The notes: generated by a model from the sequence alone, not told the origin. A stretch of DNA of 64,000 nucleotides from Alphaproteobacteria bacterium (GCA_013286365.1 JABDFY010000005.1:6364-70363); one strand, 5' to 3'; positions 18,918-29,101 are shown, numbered from the stretch's first letter. Numbers and translations: made by a program.

Positions 18918-19874
18918 TTAAGCCCGCCGTGATTGCAATAACGAATTATAGCCCTTTTGGCAAAGCCACGCGGTAACTCCAACTATCGGTAGGCAGATGA
19001 ATAATAGATATACAATGTTCCACCCTTCGCTACTTGGAAACCAGAGACTTCGCATCAAACGATAAATTAGTCGGTGCAGAAGATACATAAAAAAGCTCGC
19101 CTCGCTGATCCACGTAACTAACGGGATAGGTTTTAGGTTTTGTCCGGCGCGCATAATGGCGATAAAGGCTGTAATTGAACCACAGAATGCCCAGGGCGCT
19201 ACCCATGGATTGTAAGCGAGCTTGTCGGACTGAAGGGTCAATGTAGGTATCAGGGATACGACTGTGAGAACCATAAGACCAATGGTACTCGATAACGATG
19301 ATGGGAATGGTCGCGTCGCCATAAATAAGCCGGCAGCGAAGCAGGGAAAATATATAATGAGTTGCATATCCATTCTACCCATCGTTAGCTGGTATAGAAA
19401 CATAGCGATGACGATTAGAACGCATGAGGCTATGTAAGCCAGCGCATTTCTGCGCAAACTAATAAGTAGCGGGGTGATGAGATAAAAAAGAAAAATCATA
19501 CTCACGAACCATAACGTAAACGGCGCTGGCGCAAGAAACATGGCGGTAAGCGTGATGTTCTTAAGGAGGTCCAGAGGATGATTAAGGCCCGCCTCTAGAA
19601 ACAAACCAGAGGCTATTAAAAATGGGATATAGATGCGTAAAAATCGCGTTTTATAGAAATTCAAAATTTCGGTCTTGGTCATGCAGTTGTTTTTGTGTCC
19701 AAGCAGAAAGCCTGAAATCAAGACGAAAAGAGCTAACACAAATATCAACATTCGGAAGGTAATGGGATTATAAACGATTGTTATTTTTGTATATTGAAAG
19801 AGATGCCAAAATCCGACGATGTAGAGCATGTTCGCTGCGCGCATTATATCGATCGGCACGTATCGCGTCATCGG
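18918..19874 (-). CDS. acyltransferase-3 (OafA-like) family integral membrane protein
   Basis: About 10 TM helices; N-terminal MTRYVPIDIMRAANMLYIVGFWH resembles acyltransferase_3 start (R..DxxR..A...VV..H). ORF-track start 19955 gives an unlikely hydrophilic extension. Confidence 0.45.
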   Translation of the reverse strand, partial: PMTRYVPIDIMRAANMLYIVGFWHLFQYTKITIVYNPITFRMLIFVLALFVLISGFLLGHKNNCMTKTEILNFYKTRFLRIYIPFLIASGLFLEAGLNHPLDLLKNITLTAMFLAPAPFTLWFVSMIFLFYLITPLLISLRRNALAYIASCVLIVIAMFLYQLTMGRMDMQLIIYFPCFAAGLFMATRPFPSSLSSTIGLMVLTVVSLIPTLTLQSDKLAYNPWVAPWAFCGSITAFIAIMRAGQNLKPIPLVTWISEASFFMYLLHRLIYRLMRSLWFPSSEGWNIVYLLFICLPIVGVTAWLCQKGYNSLLQSRRA

Positions 19875-20037
19875 CACTGTAGCTGGTGATGAGGGGGATG
19901 GCGGCTGTGTGACAACCTCTATCTCAGTCATTAAACCATTTCTCCATGTATTCAAATTATTTTGCCGGGATTCTGCAGGGAAGAAAGTAAGTAGTCACTT
20001 AATCTTAAGCGCAAAATGGTTAGCCTTGTGGCCAGCG

Positions 20038-20652
20038 TTATTTTAGGCTGACCCGAAAACAGACTTGCATTTGTGTATCAGCAGCAATCTTTCCAGCTTG
20101 GACGTCTTTAATTTCCTGAAGGATATCTTGTTTCGTTGTAAGCGGGATAGATTGAATGCAGGAAAATGAATCCTTGCAAGCATTCAGATAATTATTCGCT
20201 TCGGCCATGCTTAATGCCGCCACGCACTCGAATAGATCTCTTTGCTCGGCGGGTATTTGTTTGGCGGATTGCTGATGAAATTCAAGATCGAATATTCCTA
20301 ACTTTATTGCCGTTCCGGTTGCACTAGGAAACTCAGGTGATATCTTTCCTGTAATTTTTGTTAGCATCCAGCTACTTGTTCCACTGATACAAAATAAAAT
20401 AGCAATTGAAAAGACGATCAAAATAGATCGAGCCCACAATATATGGCTATTGGCAAAATGATCCCAACGCGTGTATCGCGTGACAATTATGAGAATCCAT
20501 ATCAAAAGAAGCAGAGCAATGGGGGCAAGCAGTAACGTATAATTACCGAATTCTGTGCCCCAATGTGATGTTATGGCGAGCAACGGATCAGATTGTACAT
20601 CTTCTAATGCCGACACGGAAATGGCGGATTGATCTGTATAATTCATGAACAT
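20038..20652 (-). CDS. hypothetical membrane protein (AT-rich gene)
   Basis: 204 aa, two TM helices, no recognisable domain; start overlaps upstream gene stop. Confidence 0.35.
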   Translation of the reverse strand: MFMNYTDQSAISVSALEDVQSDPLLAITSHWGTEFGNYTLLLAPIALLLLIWILIIVTRYTRWDHFANSHILWARSILIVFSIAILFCISGTSSWMLTKITGKISPEFPSATGTAIKLGIFDLEFHQQSAKQIPAEQRDLFECVAALSMAEANNYLNACKDSFSCIQSIPLTTKQDILQEIKDVQAGKIAADTQMQVCFRVSLK

Positions 20653-21386
20653 TTCCCAAGACAGATTTTCATAGGAGAAGTCACAATCGGGGCATCACGT
20701 GTAATCCAAGGCAATGGGGTCAAAGTTGTACAACTCAAAAAATATTGGCGATAAGTCTCATAAGCCTGATTGTCTATGCCAACTTCGGGCGTGCCTATAC
20801 TTGAAGGATCTATAATACCTTGAAATGATCTGACTAAGACGTAAACATCTTTGGCGGTTAGCCAAACGGTTCCTAACATATTGTCTATAGCCGCGAGATC
20901 GCGTAGGGGATTGTCGTGGGGATTAATGTCGTGCCGAACAGCTTCAAAATAAGTTTTCTCATCATTTGAACAAAAGCTAGGCCCTAACTTACATGTCTCT
21001 TCGTAATATTTTTTACTCCACTGATCTTGGACGTAGTTTGAAATGGCGGCGTCATAGCACGTCTCTGTTTGGCTATTTAAGAATTCAGGAAAAACCGCAC
21101 TCAAATTATCAAGGGTATGAACATCTTTTGCTCGGTTCTTAGCAATCTCAGTTTCTGCTGCAACGGCACCCTTCGCAAGATGTTCGCCAACAGCTTTTAT
21201 GAATACGAAAACATGAAAAAGACTAATAATGAGAACTACACCACAAGCTATAAGAAAGCGGGTTGTTCTAAACCGATATGGAAAATCTATGCGGTTGTCG
21301 AAAAAGCCAAAAAGTACCGCAATAGGTAAAATAATGGCTGCGCCCACACTAATCAGTCCTAAATATAATTGTAGTGACTCTAACAT
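20643..21386 (-). CDS. hypothetical membrane protein (AT-rich gene)
   Basis: 247 aa, two N-terminal TM helices, Cys-rich periplasmic-like domain; co-directional and overlapping with 20038-20652. Confidence 0.35.
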   Translation of the reverse strand: MLESLQLYLGLISVGAAIILPIAVLFGFFDNRIDFPYRFRTTRFLIACGVVLIISLFHVFVFIKAVGEHLAKGAVAAETEIAKNRAKDVHTLDNLSAVFPEFLNSQTETCYDAAISNYVQDQWSKKYYEETCKLGPSFCSNDEKTYFEAVRHDINPHDNPLRDLAAIDNMLGTVWLTAKDVYVLVRSFQGIIDPSSIGTPEVGIDNQAYETYRQYFLSCTTLTPLPWITRDAPIVTSPMKICLGKCS

Positions 21387-21758
21387 CTCATCCTTGTGTT
21401 ATGTGGATTAATCCGATCGAGAATTTTAGCGAGAACTTCGGTGAGTCAAGAAAGAAAATCTCGACGAGAGGAATGGCAGACCAAATATAGATACCAAAAC
21501 CCTCGCATTTATTATAGCGAAAACGAACTACGCCCTCATTATCCGAACAGCTTAAGGGGTCAATGGGTAGAAAAGTACATAACGCAATAAGCGTGTTAGT
21601 TTATGTAGAAAAGCTGAAAATTTCACCTATTTTCAGATAATTATTACAGAAAATAGGTGTTATAACTATTTAGGCGTTTGTAGCCAAAAAAACTAATCAT
21701 TCCAAGATAGGTTTTGAAATTCCGAAGTTGTTGAAATCTATGAGCCTGAAGGTACAAA

Positions 21759-22298
21759 ATGATGCCAAAAGCAAAATCAGGATATTATAATCTTCTTGAA
21801 GATTCCAGACGAGACAATCCTGATCTTATGCATAATCTTATGCTAAACGTTCAAACCTTGGGATTTCCTAAAGGGCTGATGATTGAGCTTCTGAGACAAG
21901 GAGTAATATTGGTTGGTGATTTAGTAACTCAGCAGTTGCAAAGAACCAGAATGATAGCAATCCACCACAAAAAAATTGAGCTAATCTTGAAATCAATGAG
22001 CCTCATTCTAGGTATGTCTGTTCCCTTCTGGCAATCAAGAGGCGCCACAGAACGAGGCGCAGCGACAAGGCGCTATGCGCTTTATCGATTTCGAGATAAA
22101 TATTATCTAGATCCAAACAGAAATAGACTTAAAGCCGCTAAGAAAATAACTGCTGAAGGACGTGCTGCTCGTTGGCTTACGACCTCACGTAAAAAAAGGG
22201 CTGAAAATCATACCGGTTCCATTGCACCTGCTGCACCTATACCTATTAGAGATTATTTAGCATCACGCGTAGCTAGTAGGCAAAGACCACAAGTGTGA
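21759..22298 (+). CDS. hypothetical basic protein
   Basis: 179 aa, Arg/Lys-rich C-terminal half (AAKKITAEGRAARWLTTSRKKRAENH); no recognisable domain. Confidence 0.3.
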   Translation: MMPKAKSGYYNLLEDSRRDNPDLMHNLMLNVQTLGFPKGLMIELLRQGVILVGDLVTQQLQRTRMIAIHHKKIELILKSMSLILGMSVPFWQSRGATERGAATRRYALYRFRDKYYLDPNRNRLKAAKKITAEGRAARWLTTSRKKRAENHTGSIAPAAPIPIRDYLASRVASRQRPQV

Positions 22299-22352
22299 GA
22301 TTTGCCACAATTGACGATCTCAAAAAGAGAGATCGGCAGCTTTTCAATATTT

Positions 22353-22838
22353 TTATCCATGTCTATTTTCTGGACAACTCCTTACTGCATGAATGGGAAT
22401 GTCATCTGCAGCTGATGTAGGAAGTGAAGGAGACGAATCTGGCCCAACCCCGACAAAACTACCTGCATTATCTTCCCCGTATGATTTTATGCGGTAATTT
22501 ACTCCATCAACATTAAATACTGCCCCAACTCTTATTTTTCCAGGTTTTAAGGCTTCGCATGCAGCACGTCGTACATCTTCAAGAGGAGCGGAAGATTGGT
22601 GATGAATAATATTTCCAACCAATGTTCTTATAGAATTAAGTTGCCGGGCAGCGTCATTAGGAGCTAACACGGCATAAGCTGTACCTGATAGAGCTAGAAA
22701 AGCGCAAAACCCGCGCCATGCCTTGCTTCTATTTATGCTTTTTAATGTATTATCTACGCCGTCTAATGATCGAGCGAGCCTTTCTGTTGTGTCCCCAGTC
22801 AAGCCACTTGTACCTTGTGTACTTTGCCCATTTGCCAT
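22353..22838 (-). CDS. hypothetical protein
   Basis: 161 aa ORF, one hydrophobic segment (GFCAFLALSGTAYAVLA); no motif recognised. Confidence 0.3.
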   Translation of the reverse strand: MANGQSTQGTSGLTGDTTERLARSLDGVDNTLKSINRSKAWRGFCAFLALSGTAYAVLAPNDAARQLNSIRTLVGNIIHHQSSAPLEDVRRAACEALKPGKIRVGAVFNVDGVNYRIKSYGEDNAGSFVGVGPDSSPSLPTSAADDIPIHAVRSCPENRHG

Positions 22839-23232
22839 TTTTCTCTCCCTACATAATTAATAATGATAATTAAGTACCTTTATTTAGTACTTTTCACGAC
22901 CATATCACAACAAAAAATTAAAAACAAGAAAAAATCCTGACGAGAACAGTTAAGTGGTGTGGATTTTGCGCGTTGTAACTGTTGCCACCGAATTGGACGG
23001 CGTTAACGGTATCGGCATACGGCAGTAGTTGTTATTTGCTCCGGTGACCTTCCAAACAGCCACCATAAAAGGGACGTGATATTTCTCCTGCTGGAACGAA
23101 CTACTTCTTTTAATCGTTCATATGAAGAACTCATGGCTAACCTCCATGATTGCATTGAATATGAATTGCCAAAAAATTACCCCGCAGGATTTTGAACCCT
23201 GCGGGGCTGAAAGTGATTTTTTAATAATATTC

Positions 23233-24945
23233 TTACGGCGCTGCGTTCATGCCCAAATAGTCGAACTCCATTAAGCTATAATGACCCGTCTGATCGTGCC
23301 TAGCCGTTACAGCAATAGGAAGTGGATGATCACGCATACGCAATATAAAGTGATTATTTCTAGGCAAATCGAATAGCTGGTCGGCTCCAACAAAAATTAC
23401 CATTGCTTTTTCTCGCTCAGCTTTGGCGAGCAATGTGCTTAGATTTTTGTCATCTATATTTCCTGTGTACGGAACCTCCATGACATCCATGTCAATTTTA
23501 CCAGCGAGCCAACGTAAATAGGATCTTTTACCAGCGCCATTTGGGCCAGAAATACAGAGACTCGTTTTCGGATTTTCACCGCCTTTTCGAATTTCTTCTG
23601 CTATGCGCTCAAGATCATGTTTTGTATGATACAATTCAAAATATATAGGCGATTGCTCTGGCAAAATTCGCGGTATGGGATCGTAGCCACCATTGAGGGC
23701 TTGAACGGCATAACGAAACATCTGTTCGATATCTGCAGGTTGGATGCCTACGTCATTTTTACGCAAGATCTCCTGGCCTACTTTAATCCAGCCAACAGAA
23801 CGTAATACATATTCAGTCATTGCAGTTGTTAATTGAGGATATTTCCTCAAATATCCCAAGGCTTCCTCAAATCCTAGCGGAACGCCCAGATCTTTCGCGG
23901 TAGACTGCATAATTTTCGCGTGTATACGCGCAGGTGGTTCAAAAAATGGGAAGGCTGGAAGAACGCGCCGAATTGTGGCCAACTCCATTTTGTCAGGCCG
24001 GTTAGAAATATAAACAACAAAAGCGCCATGATTTTCTATCGTATCATTACGATAGCCCTTGCTAACCGTTCCACGATCAACGTTTGTGCCTGAATCGTTC
24101 ACGTCTGTCAGCGCATCGTCAGCCTCTTCAAAGAAAAGGATAACGTCTTCTAGTCCTGCGCGTTCAACGATAAAAGTTGCCACTCTAAGCATAGCAATCT
24201 TTTCTTTTGCAGTAGGTTCGCGCTCTGCTGCTTGATTAAGCGTTCCACCTTCCGTTAGGATTCTTTGTCCGACGACATATCCTTTAAGCCCAAGGAGCGC
24301 ACAAAGAGCATTTCTAAATTGGCTCTTTCCACAACCAGGAACGCCGTACCAAATTTGCCCTTTGCCCCTTGCCTTTGTGTCGCGCACTGCCCCAGCTGCC
24401 GAATAAACAATTTTATCGCGTATATCGGCCATATAGTCATAGTCATCAACTGATAGATGACCTGTAACGGGCGTTCCCAAAAGCGGTTCAATTAAGCGAT
24501 CGGCTGTGGCGTGATGCCTTTTAAGAATCTTTGGGAGTACGGGATTAATTCGGAAAGCATGTACAGGAAGTGAATCTGTAAAATAGTAACGGTTACTATG
24601 ATGTTCTTGAGACCCATGATGTCTATACTGTTCTTCAAATGTCTGAAGAAAGCCGCTATCAATTAATATTGCGCCTTCCGATAATTCTTCCTGTATCCGT
24701 TCGGTTGTTGCTCCCAACAAATCGCCGAGGGCCGCATAATAAGCATAGGGATCATCTCTTTTTTCCCACTTAAATTCTCCAAGTGGGTCAAACATTCTGA
24801 GGGTGTCCCAATCATAGAAAAACCATATTAAATCTTTTTGGACAGGGGTTAATTTCAAAAATGATGCAAGACGATCAAGATTTACCGTTAATGTCGTGGT
24901 AGGCAACTTCGCGTATTCAGGATTATCCGCAATTGCTTCTTGCAA
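23233..24945 (-). CDS. AAA+-type ATPase with two P-loop regions
   Basis: 570 aa; Walker A GVPGCGKSQ with downstream Walker B-like ILFFEEADDA and sensor YISNRP; second P-loop ISGPNGAGKRS in the C-terminal about 110 aa. Confidence 0.5.
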   Translation of the reverse strand: MQEAIADNPEYAKLPTTTLTVNLDRLASFLKLTPVQKDLIWFFYDWDTLRMFDPLGEFKWEKRDDPYAYYAALGDLLGATTERIQEELSEGAILIDSGFLQTFEEQYRHHGSQEHHSNRYYFTDSLPVHAFRINPVLPKILKRHHATADRLIEPLLGTPVTGHLSVDDYDYMADIRDKIVYSAAGAVRDTKARGKGQIWYGVPGCGKSQFRNALCALLGLKGYVVGQRILTEGGTLNQAAEREPTAKEKIAMLRVATFIVERAGLEDVILFFEEADDALTDVNDSGTNVDRGTVSKGYRNDTIENHGAFVVYISNRPDKMELATIRRVLPAFPFFEPPARIHAKIMQSTAKDLGVPLGFEEALGYLRKYPQLTTAMTEYVLRSVGWIKVGQEILRKNDVGIQPADIEQMFRYAVQALNGGYDPIPRILPEQSPIYFELYHTKHDLERIAEEIRKGGENPKTSLCISGPNGAGKRSYLRWLAGKIDMDVMEVPYTGNIDDKNLSTLLAKAEREKAMVIFVGADQLFDLPRNNHFILRMRDHPLPIAVTARHDQTGHYSLMEFDYLGMNAAP

Positions 24946-25585
24946 AATCTCGGAAACTTGTTTGTACCTTGCAGGCCTTCTTTTTCCTATAAGTTCCTTT
25001 AATCCTTTAACTTGAAAAACTTCTAAACCATCCTCAGAAACTGCGGTAAATTCTCTACGTTCGCCATGTTTAGCCTCGGGATCTTTTCTACGAAGATCGT
25101 CATACTCTTTGTCGGTTATTTCCTTAATCCGGATTTTTTTAACGCAGGTAGATTAAGCTTGTCTCGATTCTCGAGTATCCACATGACAACGACGCTGCTT
25201 GCTAACGACGCAGGTTCGCATTGGTCTAGAGCTCTTTTAGCTAACTCGATCCGTAAAAAATTTAACTGATTTATGGCGGCATCCATTTTTGTGGCTCGAA
25301 ATTCAGTTGTATAATTTTAGCCGTGTGACGATGTTTCTATGAATAAATTACAGGCTTTTCTAGCAGGCTTGTGTGTATCAAAAAAGCTCGAATAATTATG
25401 GTTAATTTGTGCCTTATACTGGAGGCCACATAAGTTTCTAGGTAGTTTATTGTTATTGGGGCTCGCCTTAAAGCAACTCCTACTATGCTATAGCTGGTTT
25501 TACATCCAGCGGATTATGGATGCCCGAATGGGGGCCGAAGCCGAATGAAGCCGGATGCCTCGCGCCAAGCGATCTGCTGCAGGCG

Positions 25586-26068
25586 CTAGTCGGCAATGCC
25601 GTCGGTAAATAGAAACAGCCGTCTTTCGGGCGGGATATGCAGAAAACCGAAGGGTGTGTAGAAACGGATCAAATCATCCGTCAGCGGATCAACGACGAGA
25701 ACGTGAATGCCGATTTCTTTTTCCAGAACCTGCACACGCCGGATGGCATTGGCGAGCAGCAGTTTCCCCAAACCTTGCTTCGCCCATCCTTTATCGACCG
25801 CAAGCTTGCCGAGAAGCGCAGCCGGTATCGGGTATTTGGGTAAATGCTTGGTATGGCTTGGCGGCAGTTTTTCGGCTTCGACCGTGGTTGCAGCCAGAGT
25901 GTAATAACCGATAACCTGGCTCTTGCCTTCTTCGATGGCGACGAACACGCGATTTAAGCGCCGCTTAATGTCCTGCGTCGCACGTTCGCGCAGATAGCGG
26001 TTAAGAGCATCTTCGCCGCAATCGAAATCTTTTCGATCCTGCGCTTTCAAAGGCTCAATAATGAACAT
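25586..26068 (-). CDS. GNAT-family acetyltransferase toxin (TacT/KacT-like)
   Basis: 160 aa GNAT fold (VFVAIEEGKSQVIGYYTLAA; QGLGKLLL acetyl-CoA motif); immediately downstream of a DUF1778 gene. Confidence 0.65.
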   Translation of the reverse strand: MFIIEPLKAQDRKDFDCGEDALNRYLRERATQDIKRRLNRVFVAIEEGKSQVIGYYTLAATTVEAEKLPPSHTKHLPKYPIPAALLGKLAVDKGWAKQGLGKLLLANAIRRVQVLEKEIGIHVLVVDPLTDDLIRFYTPFGFLHIPPERRLFLFTDGIAD

Positions 26069-26077
26069 GGAAACTCG

Positions 26078-26404
26078 TTAACGGGAAACAACTTCCTGAT
26101 CGTGCCTTTTGAGAAGGGCTTTCAGATTGGCATTGGCTTTTGGCGGCTTGTTGAGCGCATCAAAAAACACATTCCAGACAGGTTCGGCAAGAACAACTTT
26201 CTCATGCGCGACAATATCCGCCTCCGCCGCTTGCAGGGCGCGGGTCACGACATAATCGGATACGGATTCATGGCTATACGATGCCGCCCGTTCCAGCTTT
26301 GCCTTGGACGGCGGATCGATACGCATGCTCAACCGCTCAACCTTTAAACGGCTGCTTTTCGCATGAACTGTTTTCTTTCGCGCGGTCTGTCTCAGTGTCG
26401 ACAT
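26078..26404 (-). CDS. DUF1778-family antitoxin (TacA-like, RHH)
   Basis: 108 aa; MRIDPPSKAKLERAASYSHESVSDYVVTRALQAAEADI...WNVFFDALNKPPKANANLKALL matches the DUF1778 pattern (RIDIRVSPE.K.LIERAA...S.F...A...A...F...L..PP.PN..L). Confidence 0.65.
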   Translation of the reverse strand: MSTLRQTARKKTVHAKSSRLKVERLSMRIDPPSKAKLERAASYSHESVSDYVVTRALQAAEADIVAHEKVVLAEPVWNVFFDALNKPPKANANLKALLKRHDQEVVSR

Positions 26405-26537
26405 TGGTGATTTCCTCCACCACCAATGTACGCCAAATGTGTGTACAAATCTATAAAAAATGAGACAGAACAGCCGTAACGAAAAACATCATATTTTACA
26501 GATAGTTACACAGAAATTGCCGAAGCTACAGCCCATT

Positions 26538-26864
26538 TTACGCGAAATGCGCCAGAGGTGCCCAATGGTTGACTGCACCGAGAACCAGTCTATCTGCCAC
26601 TGTTGGAATACAAATAATTCTTTTTTTTGCACTGTTACGTTTCTCTATGGGATTGCCGTAAAGTGGCGAAAATTTATATCCCTCTCTTGAATGAATGTGT
26701 TGGTATATTTCGCCTATGTATTGGCTCTTGTTGGCCGCAAACTGCGCGACCGTCATATTATCAACGCCAGACGATTTTTGTTTTTTAGCTTTTCGATAAA
26801 GTCGATCCCAAGCATCAAATAGGCTTTGCTTAGTGACGAGCTGTTTAAGTTTTGACGCCGTCAT
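26538..26864 (-). pseudogene. reverse transcriptase, N-terminal fragment only (truncated after about 108 aa)
   Basis: SGVDNMTVAQFAAN...YKFSPLY...IEKRNSAKKRIICIPTVADRLVLGAV matches RT domains 0-2 (GxDGxT...F; Y.P.P.....IPK..G..R.L.IPT..DR..Q). ORF stops at 26538, well before RT domains 3-7; only about 130 bp separate it from the antitoxin gene. Confidence 0.55.
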
Positions 26865-27321
26865 TTGGGTTTCCCTCTACCGCTTGCTTCTCTAGGTAAA
26901 GCGCAAACAAGCGGGGGCTGGGCGGGAACCGACTGATGGAATTGCTTCCATCATGCCGTGTCAGTGAGATTGAGCCGTTCGTGTCAAAGCCGAAGCCCCG
27001 ACAATCCAACTGGCAACTTTCACCGCGCGTTGCGGTTTCGGCTACCAATCGCGGTTCGCTCGCACTTGAAGTTACAAGTTCCACGCCGCCGTGAAGCGAC
27101 ATCTCAACTTGCTCCTTTTTAGGGACGATGAGCGTATGCTTTCAGGTCTTGCATCGAAAGCGCCGGACAAAGCCGGACGAAAAAGACCTAAACCAGACTC
27201 ATTATTTGGTCAATTTTAATGCGAGCAGTTAAATCTCTCAATTTAATCAAACGGATGCCCAAAACATTACAGCTGTAATGTTTTTTGCCTATTTTCTAGG
27301 CACACAGCTTCATCTAACTAC

Positions 27322-27375
27322 TTGAAAACATTGGTCGGAGAGACAAGATTTGAACTTGCGGCCCCTGCCTCCCGA
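27322..27375 (-). tRNA. tRNA 3'-half fragment (long variable arm + T-arm + acceptor 3' strand + CCA); no matching 5' half, att-site-like remnant
   Basis: Minus strand reads GGGTCATCCTTCGGGAGGCAGGGGCCGCAAGTTCAAATCTTGTCTCTCCGACCA: variable-arm hairpin CCTTCGGGAGG, T-stem/loop GCAAG-TTCAAAT-CTTGT, acceptor CTCTCCG-A-CCA. Complementary CGGAGAG 5' strand is absent within 150 bp. Confidence 0.45.
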
Positions 27376-27542
27376 AGGATGACCCTCATAACACATACAG
27401 TATGTTAGCTCACACAGGTCGTTCCAAATATCACATATTTTCCATCATTTACTACAAATTATGTTTCACTGAAACACGGCTGCTCTTTTGCCATTCACCG
27501 AACTGATTGCTTTCAATACCCTAAACAGGGTTTGTAAACGAA

Positions 27543-28022
27543 TTATGTACGTAAGAAATCCTCTGGGCGCTTAACATTATTCCCCTCAACTGGCCTCGAC
27601 CAATGTGCTGCCTTAGCGCCTTCCTCTGTCAGGGCATAAGCATTCTTTTTTACCCGATGAATTAATCCTTTTTTACCATAGAGGGTCATATTGGAGCGAA
27701 CCGACTCTTCTGATATGGCAAGTTTAGCTTGATTACAGTAATTCATAATTTCTTGGATTGAGATGCCTTCAGAACCAGCCTTACCGATATAGATTAAAAC
27801 CTCTTTCCATCTTTTTGATATAGACCGGACACGTTTTAGTCCTTTCCTGCTTTTTCTCGGCTTTGCACGAGCCCTCCTTGGGCGTGCTTTCTCTAAAGCC
27901 GCAATCTCAGCCTTAACGCCTCGAACAAGACTTCTCAATTTGGATAGCCTTGAACGCTTTATTCGGATCAATTTTCCAATATGCTGATTTGAATTGTTCA
28001 TATTATTAGCATACAATATCAT
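27543..28022 (-). CDS. hypothetical basic protein, probable DNA-binding (winged-helix-like C-terminus)
   Basis: 159 aa, Lys/Arg-rich N-terminal half (RPRRARAKPRKSRKGLKR). Confidence 0.3.
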   Translation of the reverse strand: MILYANNMNNSNQHIGKLIRIKRSRLSKLRSLVRGVKAEIAALEKARPRRARAKPRKSRKGLKRVRSISKRWKEVLIYIGKAGSEGISIQEIMNYCNQAKLAISEESVRSNMTLYGKKGLIHRVKKNAYALTEEGAKAAHWSRPVEGNNVKRPEDFLRT

Positions 28023-28219
28023 TCATTTAAGTTCAATTAGTGTAATACTTTCATTATATATCAACGTGTTATATAGTTACTAAAATATAGCATCTAATTA
28101 CAGCCATAATCATTGACCGAATTTCATATCATGATATGGTTTTTCCAATGCGGTATGTTGTTGATGAATTTAAGCAAGCGTTTTGAAGGTCACAATTAGT
28201 CCAAATTCTCAATGGTTCT

Positions 28220-28894
28220 GTGATGTCATTACCTGAAAAAGAATATTATTCCTTACCGGATATTGCCGAACGCTGGCATGTACCACTTTCAGACATACAA
28301 TATTACGCAGCGCACGGCATACTTGAAATCCTGGTTTGGCTCCAAAACGACATCGTGAATGTCTATTCTCTCAAGAAAACTGAGGATGGCGAGAAAGTGC
28401 CGGTTCCTAGCGGCCTCAAAGCTTACAAGGGATATGCCGTTCTTGAGCCAGATCAATTACGTGGCGTTTTTCGAGGCGGCAGCCATCAAATCAGGCAGTT
28501 TAAAGTCCCCGCAAATCAAGATTTGCTTGAAATACATGGCAGTCAGGCTGGTTATCAAGTGACTGTCGATGATCTTGTTATCAGCCGTGATGAGCGTGAC
28601 CGTATTGAGATATGCCATGCCATGGCATGTTCATGTAGCTCTCATGATAGTTCCAATTGCCAGCCAATCTCGTTATCCGGTCGGCCAAGCGCCATGAACC
28701 ATGTACGTCAGCATTTTATGGAGCGGTGTGAGAGGAAACAAACGCAGCCATCCCTACAGAAGGAAGCCGTCTATTTATCAAACTGGGCCATAGAGAACAT
28801 CAAGGAAGGCCATCTGCCCAAGCTCAAGACCATCAAAAACGCCATTCGCGCAGACTATCGCCAGTACAGTAATGGCGTTGCCGCAGCGCCATAA
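28220..28894 (+). CDS. hypothetical protein
   Basis: 224 aa ORF with Cys cluster (CHAMACSCSSHDSSNC); no recognisable domain. Confidence 0.3.
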   Translation: MMSLPEKEYYSLPDIAERWHVPLSDIQYYAAHGILEILVWLQNDIVNVYSLKKTEDGEKVPVPSGLKAYKGYAVLEPDQLRGVFRGGSHQIRQFKVPANQDLLEIHGSQAGYQVTVDDLVISRDERDRIEICHAMACSCSSHDSSNCQPISLSGRPSAMNHVRQHFMERCERKQTQPSLQKEAVYLSNWAIENIKEGHLPKLKTIKNAIRADYRQYSNGVAAAP

Positions 28895-29101
28895 CTTGCC
28901 AGTTTAACTGAATTCCCAGGAAGGCCCGAAATTCAAAATCTATAATGCACTTTCGGGCCCCTATTTTGGGCCTCCGGATTAATCAACGAAATCGTTGATC
29001 CCAAATACAAAATCAAAAAACGACGTTTTTTTGCACAATGCACTTTTAGGCCTCTATTTCGGGCCTAAAAAATGTGAACATTAGAAGCCTCCATAACTCA
29101 G

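Noticed and set aside
27322-27420. Complete tRNA gene
   Set aside because: Only the 3' half folds; the required 5' acceptor strand (CGGAGAG) and D-arm are absent in the adjacent sequence.
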